A DNA stretch of 64,000 bases from Octopus sinensis. Taxonomy: Eukaryota. The notes beneath the pieces were generated by a model. That model saw only the letters and a list, made by a program, of their open reading frames with translations, was not told the origin of the DNA and made no database searches. How positions within the stretch are numbered: position 1 is the stretch's first letter; every line of letters starts with the position of its first letter. The stretch covers positions 1 to 64,000 of the forward strand of contig NW_021835993.1 of the NCBI RefSeq assembly GCF_006345805.1. Direction: 5' to 3'. Shown in pieces: positions 37,164 to 50,705 of this stretch. The translations under genes were made by a program, and so were the position numbers.

Positions 37164-37640
37164 TTTTTTTTTTTTTTTTTTTTTTTTTGAAATGACAGTT
37201 TATAAGGTAAAGAAATCACTAATTAAGAGGCGGAACCGCAGCCGAGAGGAGGATCGAGGAACAGTTCCCCCTTAGAACTGCGAGAGAGATGCGCTCAAAA
37301 AGCCACATCAGTTCACGGGGGTCGTTCTCGCCCTTCCCAATGACCTTCCGATCTTCGAGAGGAAACGGAGAGTAGACGGGCCAAGTACACCGGAAGTTCC
37401 ACTGACACCGGTTCGAAGATGAAACGGTCCATCAGGGAGGCGTACTTAGATGCCTTCTTCGTCTCCGCCCTCTTGGCTGCTGAGCCAGCCTCGACCGCCG
37501 ACAAGGAAAGACATGATGATGCGAAAGTATCAGAGCATGTCGCATCCCAGACGATTGCTTTCCCGTTCTTGTAGGGAAAGAGTGAGACCCCGTCAGGTCT
37601 CTTACCATCCTCCCTTAGAAGGCCAGGAGGCTCCAGCTGA
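37164..37640 (-). mobile_element. 5'-truncated CRE-clade insertion present only in copy B
   Basis: Poly(T) at 37164-37188. LEPPGLLREDGKRPDG...WDATCSDT...FEPVSVE. Confidence 0.9.
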
Positions 37641-39980
37641 CTTGAGTTTTTTGGAAGAAACAATAGCTCAATAAATTTACTCTGATTACTAATTTTATGA
37701 TTGCGAGGTTTTAAAATATTAATAAATTTTAATAAAAATTACATTTCTGAAGTTCTTTGGTTGTTCTCTTCAGTAAATATCTAAAATTATTAATTTTTTC
37801 TTTACTATTTGAGAGATTGAGCTTTTCCGCAAACCAGCATAGCATCAAAATCATTAATTGAACGTAGCGTTTTATGATTTTATTCAAAAGTTCACGTAAA
37901 ATGGTTAATCAAACTATTTTTAGCGATAAAATTTATTAAAAAATGTTAATTAAAATTTTTAATTTTCATTATTAAAAATAATTGTCTTGCTATTCGTGAA
38001 GCGGAATTAAACATAGAACATGTTTTGTGTTAACTTAAAACTAATTTAAATCAGCAATCAGCAAATATCAAACTTCAATGTATTTTAGCATTTAAGCATT
38101 AATACAGCTTCCTCAAAACAATAGTATCGCAACTCTCTTTCCTTGAGGATGGCATCATTATAAAAGGCACCACCGGATTGACAAAAACACGTGATTAATT
38201 TTTTAATCAATCAAGCACTTAACTTTATCTATTTACGACCGCAATCTATTATTAATTTATATTCAATTTGGGTTAGCTAATACTTCTTTAACTTCATTTA
38301 TAAAAAAATAAATATTTTTCAGATACATTTTTATTAAATTTTTGATTTTCTTAATTGTTTTACTAATTGATTAAAGTTTGTTTTTCAAATTAATCTAGCT
38401 TGGTGATTTGTTTTGGTTTTCTCAGTTTTAAAGTTAAAAAAGTTGAAAAAATAAAATGTACTCTTGAGCAAATATGTATTTCAGAAATGGTTTTGCTAAA
38501 TATTGACAATAGTCAATATTTATACTCAAATTGGGCCGTTTCGACTTAATAAAGTCGGCATTTTAAACAATTTTTTATCCTGAATGAAAATCAAAGTAAA
38601 AATCTGGCATTGACGCGTAACTTAATTTTATTGTAAGAAAATATTTTTAAAGAATATATTTTTAAAAGAACCTATTTAAGTAATATTATCTGACTTTCTC
38701 GGGCAAACTGGTCAATGAATTAACAAAAAATTAGATTTTAGATTAAACTGATATACAGTCAACCCTCTCTATAGTGAACCCTCTCTATAGTGAACAGGCC
38801 ATATTAATGCAATCTACAATAACAAATATTAGTAATTCTCATTAATATATTTATTATAAAATGAATACCACGTTTAAAAATGTATAATATCATTTATTTA
38901 AATATTTTTGTGTTCACTATTAAAGAATAATGAACGTCAAATTTTTGTGAACATAAAAATATTAAATTTAATATTTTTACATATATATTTAAAATTCTTT
39001 AAAATGAATAAACTACACGTTCTACAGTTGTTAGCATGGTGGAAAATCGAAAACGCCTGTCATTTTTTCAAAAGAAGGAAATAATCGAATTTTATCATAA
39101 AAATAGACATTACACACAGCGCGATTTATCCCTTTATTTCAATGTTTCTCTGGGCTGCATAAACAAAATTTTAAAAAATTCTGAAGGAATACTTAATGTT
39201 CAAGATGACCAAAAAAAGAAGAAAATTTAATTGCCAAGTCTCAACCATTCGACAGAGATTTATTTGAATGGTTCGTTAAAAAACGATCATTTGGATTTAC
39301 AATCAATGAATATCTTTTGAAGTCCATGTCTCTAAAAATGGCGAAAGTTTGTAATATTCAAGGATTTCAAGCATCAAATGGATGGCTTGAGAAATTTAAA
39401 AATCGATATTGCATTGCTTCCCGTGCTTTATGTGGGGAAAATCAATTTGTTGAAACCTCTGTGATTGAAAATTTTACAGAAAGCCTCAATAGAAAATTAG
39501 AACAATATTGTTCAAAAAATATTTTTAATTTGGACGAAACTGGATTGTTTTTTAAACTTTTGTCGAACAGAACATTAGCTGTTGACTCGGACAAAAATCT
39601 GTCTAATAAACCGATAAAAGAAAGAGTAACTGTTATGTTTTGCGTTAGTATGATGGGAGAAAAACTTGACCCATTTGTTATTGGAAAAGCCAAAAATCCA
39701 CGCTGCTTTAAAGGAAGAATAAATTTAATTAATAATTTACAAGTGGAATACAAATCAAATAAAAAAACATGGATGACATATGGCTAGTGAATATGAAGCT
39801 AGTGAATATGCGAAGGCGCTTGAAATGGTTTCTTGAGAATGATTATGAACAAAGAGGAAAAGTATACGAAATACAAAAATTTTAAGAAATTATCAAACTA
39901 ATCATTCTCAAAAAATCACCGATTACATGATTAAAATCTCTAAATAATCTTTGTAATTATCTTAATAATAAAATGGTATG

Positions 39981-40045
39981 GTGTGTGTCTGTCTGTGTGT
40001 CTGTCTGTCTGTGTGTCTGTCTGTCTGTCTGTCTGTCTGTGTGTG
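39981..40045 (+). repeat. (GTCT/GT)n microsatellite near the Helitron 5' end
   Basis: Direct reading of the sequence. Confidence 0.9.
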
Positions 40046-40069
40046 CACACCAACTTCAAATTGGCAATA

Positions 40070-41060
40070 CGATGTCCTCGACTTACATGATGAGGTCCTT
40101 AAAACCTTCCCCCCCAAAAAAATTAAAAAAAAATTTTCTGCATTTTGGTTAAAATGAACAACTACAATGTCCTCGACTTACATGATGAAGTCCTTAAAAC
40201 CTTCCCCCCCAAAAAAATTAAAAAAAAATTTTCTGCATTTTGGTTAAAATGAACAACTACAATGTCCTCGACTTACATGATGAAGTCCTTAAAACCTTCC
40301 CCCCCAAAAAAAATTAAAAAAAAATTTTCTGCATTTTGGTTAAAATGAACAACTACAATGTCCTCGACTTACATGATGAGGTCCTTAAAACCTTCCCCCC
40401 AAAAAAAATTAAAAAAAAATTTTCTGCATTTTGGTTAAAATGAACAACTACAATGTCCTCGACTTACATGATGAAGTCCTTAAAACCTTCCCCCCCAAAA
40501 AAATTAAAAAAAAATTTTCTGCATTTTGGTTAAAATGAACAACTACAATGTCCTCGACTTACATGATGAAGTCCTTAAAACCTTCCCCCCCAAAAAAATT
40601 AAAAAAAAATTTTCTGCATTTTGGTTAAAATGAACAACTACAATGTCCTCGACTTACATGATGAAGTCCTTAAAACCTTCCCCCCCAAAAAAATTAAAAA
40701 AAAAATTTCTGCATTTTGGTTAAAATGAACAACTACAATGTCCTCGACTTACATGATGAAGTCCTTAAAACCTTCCCCCCCAAAAAAATTAAAAAAAATT
40801 TTCTGCATTTTGGTTAAAATGAACAACTACAATGTCCTCAACTTACATGATGAAGTCCTTAAAACCTTCCCCCCCAAAAAAAATTAAAAAAAAATTTTCT
40901 GCATTTGGTTAAAATGAACAACTACAATGTCCTCGACTTACATGATGAAGTCCTTAAAACCTTCCCCCCCAAAAAATCAAAAAATTTTTTCTGCATTTTG
41001 ATTAAAATGAACAACGCGAATGTCCTCGACATTCATGATGAGGTCCATTAAAACCTTCAA
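40070..41060 (+). repeat. ~95-bp minisatellite, 10 full units plus a partial unit
   Basis: ATGTCCTC occurs at 40072, 40167, 40262, 40358, 40453, 40548, 40643, 40738, 40832, 40927 and 41020. Units are nearly identical with no spacers. Confidence 0.97.
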
Positions 41061-41269
41061 GGCAAAAATCTCACGTATTAAGAATATCCTTGATGAAAAC
41101 GACAGCGAGAATATTAACAATGATGAACTCCCAATTATTCGCGATAAAGAAATTCAATTCATCCTATGTTTTTTCTCTTTAAAATTAAATGCATATATCA
41201 TTATCGACCATGAATCAAAATTAAAGCTATTATCATATTTGACTTTGACAGAATGTGCAATCACAGATT

Positions 41270-41474
41270 GCACGACTTTGAATAGAGTGTGCAATTAACA
41301 GATTTTGAAAAACCACTTTGATAGTTGAAACCAGATTAGCACAATCATTAACACAATTTACCACCAATTGACGCACGACCTTGAATAGAGTGTGCAATTA
41401 ACTGATTTTGAAAAACACTTTGATAGTTGAAACCACATTAGCACAATCATTAACACAATTTACCACCAATTGAC
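41270..41474 (+). repeat. ~103-bp dimeric tandem repeat inside the Helitron
   Basis: GCACGAC(T/C)TTGAATAGAGTGTGCAATTAAC...CACCAATTGAC occurs twice. Confidence 0.9.
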
Positions 41475-42916
41475 AGCGCAATCAGAAGAATTTGCGTAAA
41501 AATATTAGCTATTTAGTTAAGTTTTTCGTGAAGATAGAATTTATTTTCGGTATGCCTCTTTTCCTAAATTTTTTTATTATTCAAAAATAATTTTTTCAAT
41601 AGATAACCGAAAGAGGGAAGACGACCTTAAGAAAAGAAGTTTTTCGTAAAGATAGAATTTATTTTCTGTATGCCTCTTTTTTCCTAATATTTTTTATTAT
41701 TCAAAAATAATTTTTTAAATAGATAACCGAAGGAGGAAAATGAAGCTGAAGAAAGATGGCTAACGTAATAGAGGCGACGATATTAACAGGTAAGTATTGA
41801 GGTGAGGATGTTTATATTCCACGAATTCCGATAATTTCTGATGAATTACCATTTAGATTAAAAGGCTGCAATTTCCTTGAGGATGAGTTTTGCAATGACA
41901 ATAAACAAGGCCCAGGGACAGTCATTAAAGGTAGTTGGGTTATTTTTAGAGAGTGAGTGCTTTTCACATGGACAGCTGTATGTGGGATGCTCGAGGGTAG
42001 GCAGAAGAGAAAATTTATTCATATATGCCAAGGAAGGACGGACGACAAACATCGTTTATCAACAGGCGATAGAATAGGGTTACATTAAACCAGGTAGTTT
42101 TATACATCTACATAAACTTATAGTTGTTTGATGAAACAGGCCCTCCGCAGGAGCTAGGTCGCGGTGAGCGAAGCGAGCTGCCGAGCTAGTACTTCAATAT
42201 TGTTTATTGTTATTTTGATTCCTTTTGTTCACTATAGACAATAGTGAACATGATGTTTTGACGTGGACATTTTGTTCATTATAGAGAGGGTTGACTGTAC
42301 TGTAAACTCTCTCGAATCCCCCATTTTTAAAATAAAATACAAATTTCTTAGAAAAATTCTCGAATCCACCACGTTTACAAAAATTTAAATGTAACAGAGT
42401 GTAGGGTTCTAACGGAATAGGAAGGTTTCCATTCTTTTTTGTCTCTTACTATCACCTCGGTCGAAACCGGCTCGTTTGAAAATTGAAGGGAATTCAGATT
42501 GGGAATCTTGATTGCGGGCTTTTTAGAAATTTTGAGGCAGAAAGGTGGAAATACTTTAAGAGACTTAAGAACCGGAATACAGCGTTTTTGTCCTCGACAA
42601 GTTCCATTGATGTCTCGTTGATTCAGTCGCACATTGATTACCAACATCTATTGCAATACTTGTTACGGTACTCTCTTCCATAGCTAAAAGTTTATATTCC
42701 AGACGCATGCTCTCTAATGTCTTTTTAATACAATCGTCTGGACATAGACACAGATTGAATCCGCGAATTTTAGAGATTTTTGGTGATGGGTGTAAAATTC
42801 AGGTACTATTCCATAATAAGAGAACTTGTGATGTGATGGCTGATGTGGGGTTGAATTTTGCTGTGAATAAACAAGAAACTTTGATGCTTACGGACAACTA
42901 CAATGAAGAACAATGC

Positions 42917-45896
42917 ATGTTGTTAAGTGAAACTATCATTCCGAACATCATTCCAAAAAGAGAGAACACGATATGCTCTTCCTGCGAACTGAGCAACAAA
43001 CGCCGGTTTGGCATGAACTGTTCATCTTGCGGTGAATTTTTCCATCTTTCATGTGTTAAAATCACCAACAAAGCAGCAAAGACGCTATACAAATGGGACT
43101 GTCGTCGATGCATGAGTTCTTGTACAAACCGAAATTTCTATCCTCCTGAAATAAATATGGCGCCTAACCCGCCTGATCTTCCCTCAAATACAGATCTCAT
43201 CCTTCTACACCTATCGAAGCTACGGAAGTCCAGGAAGATTCCTCTAAGGATTCCGAAATCCGCCCGTATTTCTGCTGCTTCATGTCTTAGCCAGCTAATT
43301 GATAATGCTCTCTCCACTAACAGCTTGGCTTCTTGGGTTCAATTGCTGAGCTTTGCACCTCTTGCTCTTGGAATACAATTCAAAAACGCTACGCAGAATG
43401 AGTCCATATCCTGTATTATCAAGAGAAATATAAAATCAATTGATGACAAAGTACACCACACAAAGCTGAATGAAAGACGAAATATAACTCTAAACCAGGA
43501 TAGCATAAAAGACAGAGTGAATAGGAAACTCATTGAGGGTGATATTCGTGCTGCTTTGCGCGTCGTGAGCAACGACGATACGGTTTTAGCCCCGACTCCT
43601 TCAGTGATCGAACATCTGATACGTAAACACCCTTACCCACCTACGGACTACCAAGAATTCACTATGCCGGAAAATTTGCCCAGCATTATCATCACCGAAC
43701 AGGAGGTGATTTCCGAAATCGTGTCGTTTGCTCCAAGCAGCAGTGGAGGCTTGGAGGGCCTGCGACCGGGACATGTCAAAGATCTTACTGCGAGATCAGT
43801 TCATAGTTCAAATTTGGTTAAATCCATTACGTCGCTGATTTCTAAAATTGTCAATGGAAAGATCCCTTCTTATGCAAGGGAACTACTATTCTCCGCGCAC
43901 CTATTGGCCTTTAAAAAGAAGGACGGGGGAGTAAGACCGATCGCAGTTGGTAATTACTTCAGAAGACTTGTGGCAAAGATTGTCGCTAAAAGAGTCTGCC
44001 CGCGGATAAGCGGAGAACTTTCGCCAGTTCAATTGGGAGTCAGAATTACAAATGGATGTGAGGCCTCTGTGCATGCGACAAGATGCTACTTTGGCTGTAG
44101 TGCGAAAACCCCCCGCATGGGGCTCAAAATATACATATCTAATGCTTTCAACACACTGCGACGAGATCGACTTATGGAATCGTGCTGGAAGAGAGTTCCG
44201 GAGATAATTCAGATAGTTAACCTCTCTTATGGGAAAGAATCGTCTCTAGTCTTCGGTAACGAAATTATAAAGTCACGAACTGGAGTACAGCAAGGAGATC
44301 CACTAGGACCTTTACTGTTTTCGTTGGCCATCGATGATGTTGCACGTTCAACTGGAACTGAACTCAATCTCTGGTATCTCGACGATGCCACTATCGGTGG
44401 AACTTGGGAATCTGTTTACGAAGGAATTTCGCAAATTGCTCCTGCTTTGAAAAACCTCGGTTTGGAAATTAATACAAACAAATCGGAATTGATCAATATT
44501 ACGTACTCCAATGACGAATTCATGCGAATTACTCAACAGTTCAACCATTTGCTTAAAGGGATTTCTACCACGGCTCGGGACGAGGTATATTTCCTCGGTG
44601 GTCCACTTGGTGACGCAGAATTGCGTAAACACCTTCGGAAGAAGCAGAAAACCTATCACTATTTACACAACGAATATCCCTCCTTGATGCGCATACTGCG
44701 TTTTTTCTCATGAGAGCGAGTATCTGCATGCCAAGACTTCTTTATGCTCTAAGGAGCTGCCCTTGCTATGCACAACGAGACAGCCTTTTATTACTTGATC
44801 AGACACTGAAAGACACGGCCGAAACTATTTTAAACGTTCGTTTTGATGATCTGAGATGGATTCAGTGTAAACTGCCAACGAAATTGGGTGGAGTTGGCCT
44901 CAGGTCCGCATTGGAAGTAGCAGCACCAGCTTATCTCTCGTCGCTCTCAAGCAGCTGGGATCTGGTCCAGGAAATTCTACGTAACCCTTCTGAATTTTCC
45001 TTGGAGCCAGAGTTCGCTAGAGCTTGTGAACGGTGGAGTGGAACTGGGTTGATGATTCCGGCGGAGACATTCAAACAGACTAACTGGGATTCGATTTTAT
45101 GCAACGACATCGTCCAAAAATGCAAACAGAGGGCCAATCAGCATCGACTCACATGTTTCTTGTCCGGAGCACGCCATCATAGTGGCGCGTGGCTTGATGC
45201 TCTCCCGTATCCTGCCCTTGGCAATCTATTGGACAATAATTCTATGAGAATCGGTGTAGCACTTCGTCTGGGACTGGATATTTGCCAAGTTCACGGCTGT
45301 CGTTGCGGAGGCCTTGTTGATGCCAAAGGACTGCACCCTCTATCCTGCGGAAGAAGTGCAGGTCGAACCCCTCGACATGCCGCATTGAATTATGTGATAC
45401 GACGTGCCCTAGAGGCAGCAGGATTCCCAGCAAGACTGGAACCTGCGGGTCTTAACCGTAATGATGGGAGAAGGCCAGATGGAGTGACTCTTTTCCCCTA
45501 CTCTGGGGGAAAACCACTAGTTTGGGAATCGACATGCGTGGACACTTTCACTCAAAAGAACATCAACATTTCCTTGCGTTCACCTGGATCGGCCGCTAAC
45601 TTTGCTAAAAAGCAAAAATTGCCAAATATTCAAAAATCGGGGATTCGTACCGCTTTGTTCCTGTGGCAGTCGAGACTTCGGGTGTCACAGGAACTGTAAC
45701 TGAGTCATTCCTTAAAGAAATCGGACGAAAAATTGCTCATGTAAAAAACGATTGGAGGGAACCAACATGGCTTCGACAAAGAATAGGTTTGGCCGTTGTT
45801 CGCGGCAATGCCTATTCGATTATGTCGTCAGCCGCGGAAAACTAGCCTGTCTTATAATTAACTCGTTTCTGAAATAAATTAGCTGGTTAAAAAAAT
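42917..45896 (+). mobile_element. CRE-clade non-LTR retrotransposon with PHD finger, copy B
   Basis: Nearly identical to copy A. Frameshifts at ~44644 and ~45611, and a D-to-Y change in LKIDISNAF (~44132). Confidence 0.92.
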
Positions 45897-46583
45897 AAGA
45901 GAACTAGTGGTACAACGTTCAAGTTTGCATTGTGGATTAACTTCAATTTGCTTTCCGAAAGATTGTATTTATAGTCTTTTCGAAAAGAATTGAATTGTTT
46001 AATTTACTTTTTTTGTTAAGTATTCGGTCAATTTTGTATTGATTCAGTTGCAATATTTGTATTTTTCCTCGCAATTTTTCTTAAATCTTCGACTGCTGTT
46101 TAAGCTACAAGTCGATCTATCTCATTGTCGTTTATTTCCACTTCAGGTCCTATACTACTGGAGAATGCAACATGTATTTCTTGTTGAATTTTCTTGGTTC
46201 TTCAAGTTTATAAATATAATTAATATACTTGAGGGCATGCTTAACAATGTCGTTCAGCCCCGAATGGCGTGGGAGTCGACCTCCACTCATCCGGCAAGAG
46301 AAAGAGTGGAAGCCCTTTACCTCGACGATATTCCCACATCGGCATTCGTGAGGAGTGTACATGGCCAAGCCGAGTCGAAGGAAGATCTTAAGCACTCTGC
46401 TGGGCTCCGCCCACTTCCGCATTTAAAGTGATATTAGTTATTAAAAGGACTATTAAAAAGCAATAACTTGTGTCTTATTTTTGTGACAGTTAATTTCTAA
46501 AAATGGTTGTTGCGAGTTTTAGGAAACAAAATCTTATCTATAAAAGTCCAAATAAATTATCTATCTAGCTAGCGATTATTAAA

Positions 46584-47574
46584 ATGTTTGTCTTACTATT
46601 ATTGTTTTCATCTTCAATTTGTTGGTTGTTTGAAACATACAAAGGTAATTTGTTTACAATCAGTTTTTATTAGAGTTACTGTTATGGGAGAATCAATATA
46701 TGTACAATGACCCAGAATGTTTTGATCGTGAGGGTTAGAATTTTTAAATAAAATGTTAATTTTAGAATTACGTAAAGAATTACACAGCAATTACTATCAT
46801 TATGCAACAAGGTATTGTGAAGATCAAGAATATCGTATTCATTACATTGGTTTGAGATTTCGAAATATAGTATAGAATATCCATACGCAAATTATTATTT
46901 GAAGGAAAACGGAAGCATTGAGGCTTGTTTCGATAGGAAAATTTTTGGACTTCTAACTAGAGACAGGATAATAATAGTTTGTATGTTGCGTATATATTTT
47001 AAAGGTAAAAAACGGAACTGAATATACATTTACAGATCCCAGATTGTTAGTAAAAATAGAGAAATCTGATGATTTTTGGTTCAGATATCATGTACGTAGC
47101 AAAGACCTTTCAATATATCTTGGTATTTTATACAAGACTAAAAATAGTTTTTCCTTATATTCTTAAAAAAGTCGAAATATACTACCATCAAAACAATTTT
47201 ATTAATTTCCACCTGGAAACAAAGGATCATGAATTCGATTGGGCTCGTGTTTGTATTTATATCTACGACTACGAACTTTGTAAAGAATTAGAAAATAGTT
47301 GTAGATTTTAAATTCATTATTAGATTTCGCTTCTATAGAATTATGGAATCTGAAATTAGACAAAATTTATGTAACTTTAGAATTCAAATTTTCTCATGGG
47401 ACTAGAGAAATTTATTATATGAATAAAACCTTTCATAGAGTTGGCGAATATCTTCCTGAGAACGATGACAATAAAAAAAACTTATACAGAATCGAATCAG
47501 GAATGAAGGAATCGAAAAAAAATATTAGTTCACTAGGAAAAACAAAATTTGAATCAAAATGTTTGTTTAATTAA
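46584..47574 (+). CDS. Orphan secreted protein, multi-exon, copy B
   Basis: Nearly identical to copy A with the same splice sites. Confidence 0.7.
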
Positions 47575-48017
47575 ATGAAATTGTAGATTTATATATATTT
47601 GTGGCTTCATCAGTTGGCGCTGCAATTCTTATTACCATTTTCATTGAAGGTAATAAAAAATATTTAATATAAGTTTTAATTCACTGGACCAAATCAAAAA
47701 AATCTAAAGAATTATATGATAAAATGAATACTTACCTAACTGGATTTTCAACTCGTACTCGTAATTAACTAAGACAAATAAAATTGGATTTTAAATTATT
47801 TATTAGTTAAAAATATTGGATGAATCGTCGGTTAAGATAATTAGACTACTACTTGAGAACACAAGACTATCTGTGCGGACAGAAGGAGCAACTTTCCGGA
47901 GTTTAAAACCAACGATTGGGACACTCCAGGGTGATTCCCTCGTCCTTTTTTCTCAGCGTAAATGTAAACAAAACCGAAATCACGGAAATCAAAAGAGGAG
48001 AGGATATTACTCATGAG

Positions 48018-49839
48018 TAGGGCAACCAAAAGTCATATAAGTCATATTATTTTTTATTGGTAATATTGATGTTATTTCTATAATTAATAAACTATTATTA
48101 TATTTTTTAATAGTTTTATTAATTTTTTTAGGTCTTTATTTTTTTAGGTCATATTTTTTTTGTTAGGTCATATTTATATTTATTAAATCATATATTTTTA
48201 TTAATCTTTGTTTAAATTTTGACAATAACACGTTTTCACACGTTTTGGTAGTTGGCCGCTTAAATATTATAGATTTTTACATGCCGAAACAAAAGCAATC
48301 TAACAATCAAAAGTTAAATAAAATAATTAAACGATACCCGTCTGAATTTCAGATTGATTCAGCTGGACGTTTATTTTGTTCGAAATGCTCAGTTTTTGTT
48401 AATTTTACGAAAACGTTTAATGTTGTGCAGCACAGGGAAACTACCCGGCATAAAAAGGAACAGAAAAAATTTCAAACCCAACTCAACACTCTTCCGAAAC
48501 TTGAAGCAAAGAAAAATTTCGGAATTTGCTTAGTCGAAATGATGACGAAGGCGAATATACCTCTTTACAAAATAAGAAATGAACACTTTATTAATTTTTT
48601 TAATAATCTCGGATTTACTGTTCCCAGCGAAAGTTGGTGCAGAAATATAGTTCCAGATTTGCAATATCAATTGATTGAAATGCTTAAAACAATTATTTCT
48701 GGAAAGAATATATTCATATTTGTTGATGAAACGGAAATCAATAAACAGAAATTTGTTAACGTTCTTTGTGGGACTATTGAAAGTCCTGAAAAAATTTATT
48801 TATTAAATTGTTTGGAAATTGAAATTTGTGATGCATCTGCAATTTGTAGAATTGTGGATGACACAATTCGAATTTATGATATAAAAAGGGAAAATTTTTT
48901 GTTATTTATTTCTGATGCTGCCCGTTATAGGACTTTAGCAGCGAGTACATTGAAGGTTATGTATATTAAAATGATTCATATAACTTGTTTTGCTCATCTT
49001 CTGCACAATTGTGCATTAAAGATTAGAGCACATTATAAATATATTGACGACTTAATCTCGTCTATCAAAATGTCGATTGTAAAAAATCCCTCCCGGAGGA
49101 GTCTTTTTACAGTTATTGGACTTCCACCTGATGTTGTTCTAACAAGATGGGGCAGCTGGTTGGACGCAGCAAAATATTATAGTCAACATCTTTCAAGAGT
49201 TCGCGAAATTGTCTTATCCTATCCAAATTGTGGAAAGATTGTGATGAATGCGAAAAATGCTGTTAGCTCTGAAAATTTGGAGAAAAATCTGGCAGAGTTA
49301 ATGGCTTCATACAACCCTATTATTGATGAAATCAGAAAATGCCAAGAAAAATTTTATACAATTAAAGATGCAATTGAATTCATTGATTCCGTTAATTTTG
49401 GTGAGGATAATTGTGACTTTAACAAGTATTTTTTAAAGCGGATAAGTATGTTACCATGGACGAATATCAAAAATGCTAGAATTTTTAGTATTTCTCCAGA
49501 AACATTTATTTACTTATGGAAATGTTCTTCAACATCAATATCTGCAGAAAGAAGCTTTTCTATGCTGAATAAATTGCTCGAAAAGGATAGAAACTTCAAG
49601 CCAGAAAATATTAAATATTATATGATGCAATATTATAATAAATTCATTGATTGAAATGTTTAATTTTTTCATATTTTCAAATTCAGAATATCTATAAATC
49701 AAAATTCGATAGGTCATATTTTGATTTTTTAGGTCATATTTTAATATTTTTAAGTTATATTTTAGAATTTTAAAGTCATAAAGTCATATTTTTTACGGTC
49801 ATATTTAACTTTTTTAAGGTCATATTTCTGGTTGCCCTA
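48018..49839 (+). mobile_element. hAT transposon (CGGBP-like), copy B, uninterrupted
   Basis: Same TIR and TSD as copy A. 1822 bp with a single long ORF. Confidence 0.95.
48281..49654 (+). CDS. Compact hAT transposase, apparently intact
   Basis: First ATG at 48281. Zinc-finger-like LFCSKC...QHRETTRH, then FVDET, ISDAARY, HITCFAH, TRWGSW and SAERSFS. Confidence 0.88.
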   Translation: MPKQKQSNNQKLNKIIKRYPSEFQIDSAGRLFCSKCSVFVNFTKTFNVVQHRETTRHKKEQKKFQTQLNTLPKLEAKKNFGICLVEMMTKANIPLYKIRNEHFINFFNNLGFTVPSESWCRNIVPDLQYQLIEMLKTIISGKNIFIFVDETEINKQKFVNVLCGTIESPEKIYLLNCLEIEICDASAICRIVDDTIRIYDIKRENFLLFISDAARYRTLAASTLKVMYIKMIHITCFAHLLHNCALKIRAHYKYIDDLISSIKMSIVKNPSRRSLFTVIGLPPDVVLTRWGSWLDAAKYYSQHLSRVREIVLSYPNCGKIVMNAKNAVSSENLEKNLAELMASYNPIIDEIRKCQEKFYTIKDAIEFIDSVNFGEDNCDFNKYFLKRISMLPWTNIKNARIFSISPETFIYLWKCSSTSISAERSFSMLNKLLEKDRNFKPENIKYYMMQYYNKFID

Positions 49840-50705
49840 CTCATGAGGAGAGGATATTACTTGACAAATCCTTTTTCGGTAGGCGTTAAGTGCCTTCTGA
49901 GCGTTTCCATATCCGATTGGAAGTTCCAACTGACCATAATGCCATGCTAAGACCGGAAAGAAGGTAAATGATCCCCATTTTTCAACGGTGTTGTGCCAGA
50001 AGGACTCTTCGCCTTACAGGCAGTGGAACGATAACGAGAATTGAACCCGTCTAGAAAACTAGCCTCCTTCGGATTCGAACTCACAATTGTCCAGATCCAT
50101 TATCCATAGCTAGAGCTTGTAAAGTATTTGCCATCGAAAGTGTTCGTGTCGAGGATGTCCATGCTTATTTTTACTGCCAATCAGTTTTTAATGACTCTGG
50201 AAAAAGTTAGTCCACATTTGTAATTGTAGGAGGCTGTCAATTCGGTGGTGAATTATACATACAGGTTGTGCTATAGCAGTCAACTGAAGGAAAATGAGCA
50301 GGATTGTCAGCAGAAGTCGGTTTGTGTCTTTTTTACATTTGTCGTAAAAGTCCTCACTTTCGATAGTCAGTAATTAAATTATTTTGGTTATTATAAAGAT
50401 TTCGACTGAAAGAATTTACTCTAAGATGTAATTTGTTTTTTAAATATGGGAAAAATCTTGTAATCACTGCTTTTTGACAAAGAAGGCAGTTGATCATTTT
50501 GCTAAAAAAATTTTCAATAGTTCTATTCAACAACCTCCGAAATTAGATTGCAGATACACGAAAAAGACATTTGAATATTTTTATTTATCATTTAATAATA
50601 TTTTTCAAGTTATGTTAAATACAGAAATAATACATTTGCATGGCAAACATGGTTCATGTTGTTAATTAGTCAATTTTATATCCCAATTATTACTAAATAA
50701 TGTAG

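Larger units (their letters stand above)
39960..42189 (+). mobile_element. Complete non-autonomous Helitron
   Basis: A|TCTTAATAATAAAA 5' end and CTAG|T 3' end with no TSD; the empty site GTAATTA|TACTTC is visible at 13473-13485. Internal tandem repeats and a PIF1 C-terminus. Confidence 0.95.
38756..42297 (+). mobile_element. Non-autonomous pogo/Tigger element, copy B
   Basis: Same TIRs, TA duplications and broken ORFs (39036-39787). Contains the full Helitron 39960-42189. Confidence 0.92.

Noticed and set aside
40070-41060. CRISPR-like array
   Set aside because: Units are wholly repeated with no unique spacers, no cas genes are present, and the context is eukaryotic. It is a minisatellite.
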